Origin: Liolophura sinensis
Taxonomy: Eukaryota
DNA: 64,000 bases
Assembly (NCBI RefSeq): GCF_032854445.1
Contig: NC_088304.1
Coordinates: 22,489,513 to 22,553,512 of the forward strand
Reading direction: 5' to 3'
In this document: positions 23,815 to 34,700 of the stretch, piece by piece
Layout of the letters: every line of letters starts with the position of its first letter
How positions within the stretch are numbered: position 1 is the stretch's first letter
Made by a program: the position numbers and the translations under genes
Notes under the pieces: model-generated
Seen by the model: the letters and a program-made list of their open reading frames with translations, nothing else
Told to the model about the DNA's origin: nothing
Database searches by the model: none

Positions 23815-23940
23815 GAGAGGTATATAAGTACGCCTCGGCTATATTAGCACTAACATAACTTTTCAGTGTGCTAATAATAAATATTCTGTTTTCGACGAAT
23901 CAAGTACACGCCAATCTGGGATACATGACGTCATTACTGT
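23815..23940 (+). promoter_or_regulatory. Possible promoter elements. A TATA-like box (ggtatataagt) lies at about 23818. A perfect CRE palindrome TGACGTCA lies at about 23928. Two further CRE-like sites lie at about 23250 and 23305.
   Basis: The motifs are read directly from the sequence. The location is 250-360 bp upstream of the candidate ATG exon at 24179. Confidence 0.25.
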
Positions 23941-24178
23941 GTTAGGAAAATTTTGTCCCAAATATCTTGAAAGGAGATATAATTCCGGGATTAGGCATCT
24001 CTGTCTATAATTTACAACTTCCGGTAGGAAAACAAGCCCAGCATCTGTTCATCCAATAGTTACCCGTCAGGAAACCACGTGACTAGTAAATCACGAGACA
24101 GAAACGCGAAATGAAATGAGCTAGCAGGATATGGTCTGCCATTCCTGAGCTATACGGAGAAGAAAACAGATAAGGGCG

Positions 24179-24296
24179 ATGGGGAAGCGAAGTAGTGTAA
24201 TTGTGCCGTACGTTCTGTGTGCTGTTCTAGTGCTGGTGGTTGTGGGCATGGCAGTATGGCGCGACCGCGGGGAAGAACACATCGGGCACGGTCAGG
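24179..24296 (+). CDS. Candidate first coding exon of a type-II membrane (signal-anchor) protein: MGKRSSVIVPYVLCAVLVLVVVGMAVWRDRGEEHIGHGQ. It is possibly exon 1 of the C4-like gene, but its end phase (0) does not fit exon 28407 (phase 2), so at least one intervening exon would be required.
   Basis: The ATG has a good Kozak context (gcgATGG) and an in-frame stop lies upstream. There is a 21-residue hydrophobic stretch and a donor cag|gtaaat. Confidence 0.3.
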
Positions 24297-25329
24297 TAAA
24301 TAGCTCTAGAAATAGTCAAAATTTTACCTTTCAAAAAACAAAACAAAAAAAAAATGAAAAAAGAAAAGAAGGTTAATTTCTAATTTATGGCCCTGTATTT
24401 TACATTGTAAAGTAACTGACGGCCAATCCGCGCGGTATACCCTAGTTCCTCTAATTTTGGGACACCTGGTCTGTTCTTTTCGGTCAGTGTGTACAAGTAA
24501 TTGTAGCAGGAATGTATTGTTTCTTTTTTGTCTCCATGGTTAGTCCATCTAATGAACAACATATTCATATTTTTACTTTTCCAAAAAACTGGAAAAGAAA
24601 TGTAATTGTTTACTTTCAGCGCTACTAATATCTGTCCTAAAATTAGAACAAATTTGGTGTACATAACTTTGTCAGTAAGGTGTACCACTAGTACAAAGGA
24701 ACGTATGTATTTTCAGTACACAAAAGCATCTGACTGACTAGTTTTCTTCTCTTATATTTGTGCAATTTTTTTCTGTATTTGTTTAAAGACGATTGACCTC
24801 AGTCTTAAGGTCATTTGGAATTTTTCTCGACTAAACGAATGAATCGGATGACAAACTAATCAAAGCACAAACCTAAAAAAAGATAGGTTGGCATAAGATA
24901 TATGCACAAAGCATTTCATTTCATTCGAATCTAATCATGTATTCAATTTAAAGTTGCCGTATTCTCATTGATATTCAAGTTTTTGGGTCAGCTTGAGAGG
25001 GATGCCTAGGAAATAATTCAGCAATCTTGAAAAAGCGGATATTAAGCCATATTCTTTGTAATTATGATAAATATACAAGATAGAGCTTGGACAGTCCGGC
25101 ATAATGTGCCTTGTGTCTCACTATAAGCTAGAGTCTATTTATCTATTTATTTATGTATTTAATTACACCATGATCAAGAATATGTGATTGATATGAAAAG
25201 TATCTGGCTAAACGGGCCGGTCAAACATATGGGAAAGACCTGGATTCGAACCAGCGATCCTATTGGTCAAGGGCAAGTTGATTTCCTACAGAAGCCATTG
25301 GTCAGCTGGTGACTTCGGCATTAGTGATA

Positions 25330-25430
25330 CTTCAGCACTTTGAGGGCATGGACACCCCCTGTCATACAAACACCTAATGACTCATCGTTGTCATATGACG
25401 AAAAATTGTTAAGTACGACGTGAAACCACA
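25330..25430 (+). mobile_element. 3' fragment of a second SINE family (B): ...catatgacgaaaaattgttaagtacgacgtgaaacc.
   Basis: It matches the tail region of the minus-strand SINE-B copy at 57725-58105. The adjacent 25195-25330 holds a minus-oriented tRNA-like/SINE head (gacctggattcgaaccagcgatcc). Confidence 0.4.
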
Positions 25431-26223
25431 AGTATACATCGATTCCCTTTCAAAAGCCAAATAGAGAAAGTGACGTTTCAACAAAGTGTTCACACGGTTT
25501 AGATAGCTACAGAGTGTTATGATTTTGTCTTAACGTTGAACTTATGAGATTAATGGCATATGTTTTACAAATTTTCATTTTATGTCTTTAAATTTAACTA
25601 ACTAGGATGTGTATGTACATGCAGACTTTATTTAGTCAGCCTAGTATGAACTCCATGTGTACAACGCAGCTGGTGGCTGGGGGAGATGTTAAAGGGATAA
25701 GGGGTTACTGCTGATAAGGATCTGTAATTAGATCTGTATTATACATCAAAATGCCACTTCCTGCTCCACAGACAGGCCAATATACCTCTTCATCACAACA
25801 CTCCACTTAATGACTAATGTACTTAATATCCACTTATCCACATATCAGAATCGCACTGCAGTCGTTTGAAGAGTAGTGGTGGTAGAGTTGCTGAAGCGAC
25901 ATCAAAACTGGTCTGTTTTCATTTTTGCGAAATCAGAGCATAACGGATCTTCTATAGACACAACATACTGTGAACACAAAGAAGAATTGCTGCCTTTTAT
26001 CCCCAACTAATATCCAAATGAAAAGTCAGGCTATCAACCAGTTATACAATATCCAAAGTCAAATAGCCAAAGGTTACTTTCATAAACAAAATTACCAATC
26101 ATGGTTTCATCATTTCAAAGTAAGATCTATATCTGGAAGTCTGCAATTAGAAGTCGTCAACAGTTTCCAGTGATGTCAGGAAAACATTACAGGTGTAATA
26201 TCAGATGCATGAAATCCAGGAAG

Positions 26224-26450
26224 GGCTTCCGTAGCCGAGGGGGTTACCACACCAGCGCGGTGCAATGACTCAGGAGTCTCACTAATGTGGTCACTGTGAG
26301 TTCAAGTCCAGCTCAAGCTGGCTTCCTTTGCTCTGCCGGGTTTCCTCCCACAATAATGCTGGCCGCCATCGTATAAGTGAAAGTTTCTTGAGAACGGCCT
26401 AAAACATCAACCAAATAAATAATAATAAAAAAAATAAATAAATCAAATCA
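26224..26450 (+). mobile_element. SINE family A, diverged copy.
   Basis: ggcttccgtagccgagggggttacc...gcaatgactcaggagtctcactaatgtggtcactgtgagttcaagtccagctcaagctgg...ccaaataaataataataaa. Confidence 0.8.
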
Positions 26451-26794
26451 AATCCAGTAGGTTGTCCACAAGACACACGTGTAATATCCAATACATCAGA
26501 TCCAGTAGATAGTCCACATTACTTTATGTATACATATTTGAAGGTGTATGTTGGTATCATCCAAAATATTCTGTTATAATGCAAGAAAAAGTAGTAAAAA
26601 AAGTGTAAAAGGATACAAGGTTTCAACAATTGTCCTGATGCCTTATCGTACAACCCGAATTTATTACAGTGTATATAAAAAGAGATTAAATATATATGCA
26701 ATATACATGCACGTTCGACATTTATATTAAACAGATGTGCGCTGATATTTTATCTAAAGACAGCAGACCCACCGCCCAGTCATAATAAAGCTGA

Positions 26795-27790
26795 CACCGC
26801 ACCTGATCCCAGCTGGTGGACTAAGCATTCCCGAGGCCTGGTCCCTGCTAGTGGACTAAGCATTCCCGACGCCTGATCCCTGCTGGTGGACTAACCATTC
26901 TCGACACCTGGTTCCTCCTGGTGGACTAAGCATTCTGGAGGCCTGGTCTCTGGTAGTGGACTAAGCATTCCCTACACCTCGTCACTGATGGTGAATAAGC
27001 CTTCCCAAAGCCTGATCCCTGCTGGTGGACTAAGCATTCTTGAGACCTGGTCCCTGCTAATGTACTGAGTGTCCCCGAGGCCTGGTCCGTGCTGGAGGAC
27101 TAAGCATTCCCTAGACCTGGTCCCTGCTGGTGGACTAAACATTACCAAGGCCTGGCCCCTGCTGGTGGACTAAGCATTCCCTTGACCTGATCTCTGCTAG
27201 TGGACTAAGCATTCCCTTGACCTGATCTCTGTGGGGATTAAGCATGCCCGGGCCTGATCCCTGCTAGTGGGCTAAGCATTTCCGAGGCCTAATCCCTGTT
27301 GGTGGACTAAGTATTCTCGAGACCTGATCCCTGCTGGTTGACTAAGCATTCCCGAGACCTGATCCTTGCTGGTGGAATAAGGATTCACGAGACTTGGTCC
27401 CTGCTGGCGAACTAAGCATTTCCGAGCTCTAATCCGTGCTGGCGAACTAAGCATTTCCGAGCTCTGATCCCTGCTGGTGGACTAAGGATTCCCGAGACGT
27501 GATCCTTGCTGGTGGAATAAGGATTCACGAGACTTGGTCCCTGCTGGTGAACTAAGCATTTCCGAGCTCTAATCCGTGCTGGCGAACTAAGCATTTCCGA
27601 GCTCTGATCCCTGCTGGTGGACTAAGGATTCCCGAGACGTGATCCCTGCTGGTGAACTAAGCATTGCCGAGGCCTGGCCCCTGTTGGTGGACTAAGCATT
27701 CTTTGGGCGTGAATCCTGTTGGTGGACTAAGTATTACCTCGATCTGGTCCCTGTTGGTGGACTAAGCATTCCGGAGACCTGGTCCCTTAT
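26795..27790. repeat. Satellite with a 35-bp unit in about 28 copies (ctggtggactaagcattcccgaggcctggtccctg). A 140-bp higher-order repeat is visible at 27390-27470 versus 27530-27610.
   Basis: Direct repetition is visible. ORFs 27272-27594 are artifacts. Confidence 0.9.
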
Positions 27791-27984
27791 TGAATGTGCT
27801 GTCATCACATAAATCTAACAAACTGCACCTAACATCACTGCATTTTTAATACATTTAATTAAGACGTTACGTTTAACAGAACGCCTGTCGTTTGAGAGAT
27901 GTTAATATGAATTCTATTATTATACGACAATATGCCGTCATATTCAAACGAACATTCTGTTGTTCTTTAAGAATATTTATGTTG

Positions 27985-28105
27985 AATTGAGACAATATGT
28001 GTGGTATATTTAACAGAATAATCTGCTGCAATAACAGAAAACATTCTAGCATTACTCACACAAAAAGACTTTCTGTTAAAATTATTAGATTAATTTTTGG
28101 GTATT
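27985..28105. repeat. Dispersed repeat family D. It contains the short inverted motifs ttaacagaa / ttctgttaa. A second copy lies at 63150-63270.
   Basis: 27990-28100 (aacagaataatctgctgcaataacagaaaacattctagcattactcacacaaaaagactttctgttaaaattattagattaat) is about 80% similar to 63175-63265. It is possibly MITE-like. Confidence 0.45.
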
Positions 28106-28304
28106 TCTGCTTTCTGTTTTGGGATGATTCTGCTATAGTCAGCATAGTGCTAGGTGACGTAATTAGCTACGTTTTAAGCATTCTTCGATGGTAAACATTC
28201 GGAATGAAACCCCCAGTTGAGGTAATTGAACACGAGGCCAGATTTCACCGATTAGGTGTGACCATTTGCTACATGCTACATGCAGCTGTGAGACAGCTGT
28301 CCAT

Positions 28305-28372
28305 GGTGTCCCACCCCCCCCCCCCCCCCCCCCCCACCCCCATCCACCCCCACACACACACCCAATCCCTCA
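28305..28372. repeat. Long C homopolymer of about 27 C followed by a short (CA)n tract. This gives G27 on the other strand.
   Basis: ccaccccccccccccccccccccccccacccccatccacccccacacacacacc. A similar C18 tract lies at 33655-33685. Confidence 0.9.
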
Positions 28373-28406
28373 AATCTACAGTTTTAAGATTGTGTTATTT
28401 CCGCAG

Positions 28407-28480
28407 GAATCATGAACAACCAAAACAGAGACTGGTCAAGAGAGAGGAAGAAGATGCTTCGGCTTACAGTCACTATACAG
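28407..28480 (+). CDS. C4 (collagen IV NC1)-like gene, internal exon: (x)NHEQPKQRLVKREEEDASAYSHYT(G). It contains a dibasic R-L-V-K-R furin-type site.
   Basis: The acceptor is ttatttccgcag|g and the donor is tatacag|gtaatat. It enters in phase 2 and leaves in phase 1. The leaving phase matches the next exon. Confidence 0.4.
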
Positions 28481-28781
28481 GTAATATATAAGAGTTACGC
28501 ATGTACCAGAACCACATGTAACTAACCATTTGCTTAGCTACGCCTTGGAAAGGTAAACTTCTTGTCAGCTGTTTACTATCGTCAACAGTCGGCGGTTACA
28601 TGCAGCTCTGTGTAAGTCCGCATAATGTGGCCATGTGGAAAGAATTTCCAAGATGTGATCTTAAATATATACATGTGCTTTGGATCATCTGCAGAAATTA
28701 TTACAACAGCTATTAGCGTACATTCTAAATCATAGTGAAATTGTTAGAAATTATTTCTACCCACATTTGTGTGTTGTATAG

Positions 28782-28850
28782 GTGGCGCCATCTACATCCG
28801 GTGGGGGAGACTATCGTGTCCAGAACCTGACAGCAGTCTTGTGTATGAGG
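28782..28850 (+). CDS. C4-like gene exon encoding the start of the NC1-like domain: (G)GAIYIRWGRLSCPEPDSSLVYE(G).
   Basis: The acceptor is gttgtatag|gt and the donor is tatgagg|gtgtgt. It is in phase 1 at both ends. The sequence CPEPDSSLVYEG resembles CPSGTKILYHGYS at the start of collagen IV NC1. Confidence 0.45.
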
Positions 28851-29239
28851 GTGTGTTTTGTTCATCTGTTATACTGCATGCTGCATATGATTGGCTGATT
28901 AGGTTACACTCGGCAGAATATATTTACATTTATCGATTTCTAATCGATCAGATGGTATAACATTTTGAAGGAGAACCTTAACCCTATTCATTTATTCAGC
29001 AATATTGCTTTGATGCACACATATGGCTTCAGGCCGAAATGTACTCGTATCCATTAACTATGGTATGGCGTATGGTGTATGTTATATACCAATGGGCTGC
29101 AAGTTGTGCCGCCATGATCTGCTGAACTTCATTCACCACACATGCATAAGTATTGTAATTGGTGAACTTGAAAGGTTTTAACGGAGACATGAAGAAATAA
29201 GGCGAACTAGTTGGCCAACATGTATCGTATTTCAAAGAT

Positions 29240-29507
29240 TTATTTATTTATTTATTTGATTGGTGTTTTACGCCGTACTCAAGAATATTTCACTTATACG
29301 ACGGCGGCCAGCATTATGGTGGGTGGAAACCGGGCAGAGCCCAGGGGAAATCCACGACCATCTGTAGGTTTCTGACAGGCCTTCCCACTTACGGCCGGAG
29401 AGGAAGCCAGCATGAGCTGGACTTGAACTCACAGCGACCGCATTGGTGAGAGACTCCTGGGTCATTGCGCTGCTCTAGCGCGCTAACCAACTGAGCCACG
29501 GAGGCAC
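29240..29507 (-). mobile_element. SINE family A, full length, minus orientation. It lies in an intron of the C4-like gene.
   Basis: Reverse complement of the family A consensus. The (taaa)n tail is at the 5' side and the head ...ctgagccacggaggcacc is at the 3' side. Confidence 0.9.
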
Positions 29508-29939
29508 CCTTATTTCAAAGACGTTTGGCAGTTTGTGGTATGGTATGAAATCAGTAGCTACCCTCATACCAATAATGAGGTCAAGGCATCATCACGTAAA
29601 TGTCAAAGATTTCACAAGCCTTCGATCCACATTACGGGATCATTACCATGTGTATCGAAAGCTTGTGAAACCTTTTACATTTACGTGGCGATGCCTTCAC
29701 TTCATTATTACCATTGAACCCACGTACAAGTATTTGAGTCTCGGAGTTTTCTCCCTTGTGGCGAAAAAAAAAAGCATTTGAGGATGGCGATTTCCTGATA
29801 ATGGCGAACGGAGCATGTGATGAGGGCAGCCACAGCCGTGTACTTTGAGAGTCTTGAATGCATACAAGCATTAAGATTTATATCATAATGATAATACGAT
29901 TTGATAATGGTCGAAAGTCCTCTGGACTTCTGCTCATTC

Positions 29940-30125
29940 GTCTATTTATTTATTTATTTATTTATTTATTTACTTGATTGCTGTTTTACGCCGTACTGAA
30001 GAATGTTTCTCTTATTCGACGGCCTCCAGTAGTGTGGTGGGAGGAATCTGAGTAGAGATCAGGAGAAACCCCAGGCCTTTTCACGTATGACCGAAGACGA
30101 AGTCAGCATGAGCTGGACTTGAACT
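29940..30125 (-). mobile_element. SINE family A, truncated and diverged, minus orientation. It ends about 25 bp before the acceptor of the last C4 exon.
   Basis: tttatttatttatttatttatttatttacttgattgctgttttacgccgtactgaagaatgtttctcttattcgacggcctccag...gtcagcatgagctggacttgaactc. Confidence 0.75.
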
Positions 30126-30151
30126 CTCATTTGTGTTTCACATATTTTCAG

Positions 30152-30654
30152 GAGCTGCCGGAGGCGGATATTTCGGCCATGCCGGAGCCCCAGCCAACAT
30201 CATGTGTATGCCAAGGGTACCGACGTGGGGCCAGCACAACGATCAGTTTTTCGGAACAAAGGGGCATCAGTCTTACATGTACGGTGTAGAGTACAAGCTT
30301 CAAGCCCTGGACTTTCCCTTTGGACATGAGCACGCTGAAGCCCTGGAGAACCATAACGTGCCCTGCGCGGTATGCATGAGCAAGGTGCGAGGAAGCCAGC
30401 TGATGGTGCCAGGACGGATGGACTGTGTCCCTGGCTGGCACCTCGAGTACTCAGGCTTCCTGATGGCAGGGGATTACCAGACGACGGGGGCCTCGGAGTA
30501 CATCTGCATAGACAAGGACCCGGAGGCCGATCCGGCCGGCTACCGCGGCGAAAGCTCACATAATCTCGTCCCTGTGGAAGCCCAGTGCGGTTCTCTCCCC
30601 TGTCCCCATTACGTAAGTGGTCGAGAAATAACCTGCTCTGTGTGCACCAAGTAG
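30152..30654 (+). CDS. C4 (collagen IV NC1)-like gene, terminal coding exon of about 167 aa: (G)AAGGGYFGHAGAPANIMCMPRV...PCAVCMSKVRGSQLMVPGRMDCVPGWHLEYSGFLMAGDY...CSVCTK*.
   Basis: The acceptor is catattttcag|ga and the split Gly codon is completed across the intron. The motifs CAVC-x15-CVPGW-x3-YSGF match collagen IV NC1 / 'short-chain collagen C4' (CAVC...CPSGW..LW.GYSF). Codon usage is GC-rich and non-repetitive. The stop TAG is at 30652-30654. Confidence 0.7.
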
Positions 30655-31265
30655 TGTAAATGGGTTATATATCAGTGCTGTCTGCTCTATGTGCACCGGT
30701 TGAATAGGTTATGCGCCAGTGTGTCCTGTGTGCATATAGGTTATATGCCCCTACGTCAGTGATATTTGTTCTATGCATCACATAACGTGAATCAAAAGTT
30801 TTACGTCAGTGTCATCTCTTTTGCGTTTGCACCCTGTAACGTGAATACGTTCTGCGGCACCGTTATCTGTTCTGTGTGTGCACCAAGCAGCGTGAATAGG
30901 TTATACGACGGTGTTATCTGCTCTGTCTGCACCAACTAGCATGAATAGGTTGTACGTCAGTGTTTTCTGCTCTGTGTGCGCCAGATTGCATGAACAGGGT
31001 ATTCGTCATTGTTATTTTCTAAGTGCGCATACCAAGATAGCGTGAACAGGCTATACGTAAGTGTTATTTTCTATGTGTGCACACTAAGTAGCGTGAATAG
31101 GCTATACATCAGTGTTATTATCTATATGTGCGCACCAAGGTAGCGTGAATACGTTATACGTCAGTGTTATCTATTGTCTGTCTGCACCAAGTACCTTGAA
31201 TAGTCTATACGTCAGTGTCATTTGCTCTGTCTGATCCAAGTAGCGTGAGCAGGATCTGTATCGTC
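30620..31265. repeat. Tandem array of about 11 units of 57-60 bp, seeded from the last 12 codons and stop of the C4 exon. Units look like (ct)gtgtgcaccaagtagcgtgaataggttatacgtcagtgttatctgct.
   Basis: The first unit overlaps the coding end ...ctgtgtgcaccaagTAGtgtaaatgg. Each later unit keeps tgcaccaag-tag. The array forms the start of the 3'UTR. Confidence 0.85.
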
Positions 31266-32197
31266 TTTTTGTACATGTAACAATTAGTGTTAATAAGATC
31301 TATGTTACAGGTTATATATCTGTGGTATCTGTGTTCCGTTTTCTTTTTGTATGTAACACGTTTTATGGCGGCTAATTGTCTTATGTAACCAGAGTGAATG
31401 GATAACAGAGGCACCATCAAATCACTGAAGCTGTTATATCAATCCAGTTGGGATAAAGCCCGTATTTCTTGTTCAAACATTACGCGTCATTTTAATCCTA
31501 TTATTGATAAGATATGTAATATTGAGCCTTGGTAAACCTTTGTGCGCATGCGCCCGTGAGGTGTACACATATAAAACAGATGGATGGTCATGTTGCATAG
31601 TTTGAGGCAGTGATCATGGCGACGATTTTGACAGGCCTCCGATGATAAGAGAGGTACCTCAACACCAGCGAACACAGATTTTTGACGAAAATAAATTCAG
31701 CTTTAATGTCTGGAAAGGATTAAGTTTTGGAGTCATGTCTGTTATAGCTGCCTCGTTCATAAAACATGCTTTTCGCATCTTGCATTACGTCACTATTAGC
31801 TAGACAACGTATTTCATGAAAATCTGCTACGAGAAATATGACTTACGTAAGAAGTTTTGTGAAAGTTGACCCTGTTTTTTAACTGGTAGACGTCAATTAG
31901 AAAGTATATTTAGGTAAAAGCTGCTTCCTACATTCCACGGAGACCAGAGGGTCGAATGGTCTAGAGGATGTAAATGTATTGCTGGCGATTAAGTGCCTGA
32001 TATTGACATTGACGGATAGAAACCCAGAGTGATATCATCCAAGTTCCAGAACTAGAATCTCTCACGTCCAGAAAGTGTCATCCATAATATGAGTAATGCT
32101 GATACTTAAAGAAAACCTGCTAAATAACATCTTCCAATCTGACATATTTAGTTATGTGTCATGTCTCATCTTACCGTGTAAGAGCAAAACAACGACA

Positions 32198-32420
32198 GAG
32201 GCGCCTCTCGCCGGTGCGTTTGCTGTGAGATCAAATCCAGCTCATGCTGCCTCCACGCCGTTCGTACCTGGGGAAGGCCTACCAGCAACCTGCGAATGGC
32301 TGTAGCTATCACCCGGGATCTTCTCGGTTTCTTGCCAACATAATACGGAAATGAAGAAATATTCCTGAATAAGGTGTACAACACCAATCAAATAAGTTAA
32401 TAAATAAATAAAATCATACG
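32198..32420 (+). mobile_element. SINE family A, diverged and 5'-truncated.
   Basis: gtgagatcaaatccagctcatgctgcc...ccagcaacctgcgaatggctgtagc...caacaccaatcaaataagttaataaataaataaa. Confidence 0.7.
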
Positions 32421-32507
32421 TTTACGTGCCGATTTCGTTTAACCATAAGACTTCATAGACACACGCTGATTTCGACTTCATGAAAATAACCGATAAGTTA
32501 TCAAATT

Positions 32508-32625
32508 TCTTATTTATTTAAATCACTTTTACTCCAGAATATTTCACTTATACGACATCGGCAAGCATTATGGTTGAAATAAAACCGGGCAGAGTATGAG
32601 GGGAACCCACGACCATCCACCATCC
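32508..32625 (-). mobile_element. SINE family A 3' fragment, minus orientation.
   Basis: tttatttaaatcacttttactccagaatatttcacttatacgacatcggcaagcattatggttgaaataaaaccgggcagagtatgaggggaacccacgaccatcc. Confidence 0.6.
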
Positions 32626-33193
32626 GGTTTTTAACGGATAATAACCTGATTGTGGTCAACATGCATGCACCGGTATAATTGAAGAATCTCAACATATATC
32701 AGTTTTGTATTTGCTTTCTATTTAGACTCAACGGTACTTGGTGTTTAATGGAATACGTGTATATAAAATCAGCGTAATCAGCTCTCGGGAAATGCCCGGA
32801 GATCTTCACTCAAGACATTCGGTGTCAGTTTGACCTTCCAACTCTTTCCTAAACGATCACTAGTGATAGTAAATCTTAGACGGGGTGTGATAACATGGGC
32901 TGTTGGCATATTTATTCACTCAGTGTTTTAAGTCGTCACCTAAAATAATTCACTTACATAACCGTGGTAAGGTTGATGGGTGAAGAACCTGAGAGAACCT
33001 ATGGCTCCTCGTTAGACGCCTAACAAACGACAGCTGGATTCGAACGTCCCACCTCACAGATAAAATGCTTAATTATCTGATATAGATATGAACAGACCTA
33101 TTATATCTATAATGTAAACTACCAGTGAAGACAGGTCAAGATAATAATTGTACTGATACACAATAATTATTTAGCACCATTAAAACTTATCAG

Positions 33194-33443
33194 GGGCCTC
33201 CTTGGCTCAGTTGGTTAGCGCGCAAGCTCAGCGTAATGACCCAGGAGGCTCTCACCAATGCAGGCGCTGTGAGTTCAAGTCCAGCTCATACTGGCTTCCT
33301 CTCTGGCCGTAAATGGGAAAGTATTCCAGCCACCCACGGATGGTCGTGGGTTTCCCCCAGGCTGTGCCCGGTGTCTTTCCACCATAATGCTGGCGGCCGT
33401 CGTATAAGTGAAATCAGATAAATCAATCAAATAAATAAAATTA
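33194..33443 (+). mobile_element. SINE family A, full length.
   Basis: ggcctccttggctcagttggttagcgcgcaagctcagcgtaatgacccaggaggctctcaccaatgcaggcgctgtgagttcaagtccagctcatactgg... Confidence 0.9.
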
Positions 33444-34266
33444 AAACCTATCCGTCTTATAGATTGTACGTTTTAGGCACAGAAATGCTCTTGGAGGTAT
33501 TAAGTTTGAAACATTTTCAGGGCCTGGTGGAGATGAAATAGGGCAAATACGGCATTGAGCTTTGCTGGCGGATAATTTTGACATATGTATAAGCAACAGA
33601 GATCGTTTGACGCGATTTGCAAAGTGTGGCGGGTGGGGGTGGGGCGGCATCGGCCTTTACCCCCCCCCCCCCCCCAACCCCACGCTTCCTACTCCACTGA
33701 ATGTACATGTATTATGTATTGCGTTTGATGAAATGAAAATGTCACGTTTCCTAATTCAAGGGCGGTTACTCTGCAGAACGAGTGGTGTCCCGTGATATAC
33801 ATGTACATCCATAGGCCATACGGTTTCAAGTGCGCAGCAGTGCGCATGTTCAGAAAGATCCAAACCGGGGACGAATACAAGCGATTGATCATTTATACTT
33901 ATTCTACAAACACTTCGGAATTTGGCGATAGCGTAGGATTTGGCTCATTTCATTAAGTAATATGTGTGTAGTTCTCAAAGTGTTCTTGTTGAAAGAAATG
34001 TACGAGTCAGTGTAAAAATTTAGGCGTCACACAGCCTTCACGTAAACTGCACAAAATTGGCTGTGCTTTAACGCTCGGATGTGACATGCGTATTTGGGTT
34101 ATTCAGGCGGAATGTGAACCTTTGTTGTTGTTGGTAGATAGATAGATGTTATATCGTATGTATATGTCTGACACCAAACAAGTCTGATGTAACACACCAC
34201 GTGCGATATTGATCTCCGTCACCACTTGAACTTGTACGGAAAGCCATAATCGAAGTTTTGGTTGTG

Positions 34267-34700
34267 TCACCTGGCGTAGTGAGTATTAACCACGATCCAT
34301 TCCTCACTCCAGTTCTCACGGAACTCTTCTGCGGACATATTATCCTCATGGTTACGCTCTATTAGATCAAATATGGCTGAGAAAGATTCATGATTGTCTT
34401 CGACGAATTTTATAGAATCCGCGGTGATTCCCATCATAGTTTGTACAAGTCCGTTCTCGAACTGTTGTTAGTCATTCACTAGGTTTTCAAACTGACTCCA
34501 ACATTTCGTGCCTTTCCGTAAACACTCGTGCTCCTCGTCACCCGTGCCCTATGCGAATCTGATGTTTCTAATTAGGCCTTTGTAATCTTCCCAAGTAAGG
34601 AATCAATCTTTGTTGACGTCCAGGAACCGGAAATAGAAACGGAACCTTGTTTCCATCGTCGATCAATAAATTCCGTCAATTGTTGACTAACCTGCTTAGA
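34267..34700 (-). pseudogene. Degenerate sarcoplasmic-calcium-binding-protein (SCP)-like copy, minus strand. It is collinear with the 54.5-55.4 kb locus but carries frameshifts and stops. The longest surviving ORF is 34267-34437: MMGITADSIKFVEDNHESFSAIFDLIERNHEDNMSAEEFRENWSEEWIVVNTHYAR*.
   Basis: The reverse complement reads ...tttattgatcgacgatggaaacaaggttccgtttctatttccggttcctggacgtcaacaaagat... (compare FRFLDVNKD of the 54.5 kb copy, with 1-nt indels) and ...acaaactatgatgggaatcaccgcggattctataaaattcgtcgaagacaat (compare QTMMDFL...KFVEDY). It is intronless like the other copy. Confidence 0.5.

Noticed and set aside
25195-25330. tRNA-like sequence (reverse complement ...ggatcgctGGTTCGAATCCaggtc) that could be a tRNA gene.
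   Set aside because: I could not trace a cloverleaf with acceptor stem and anticodon by eye. Similar half-tRNA motifs recur at 5 or more other sites attached to SINE-like bodies, so it is more likely a SINE head remnant.
34149-34349. ORF-track 66-aa minus-strand ORF (MRIICPQKSSVRTG...).
   Set aside because: It is in the wrong frame. The meaningful reading of this region is the SCP-like pseudogene frame (the 56-aa ORF 34267-34437 and the degraded upstream segments).
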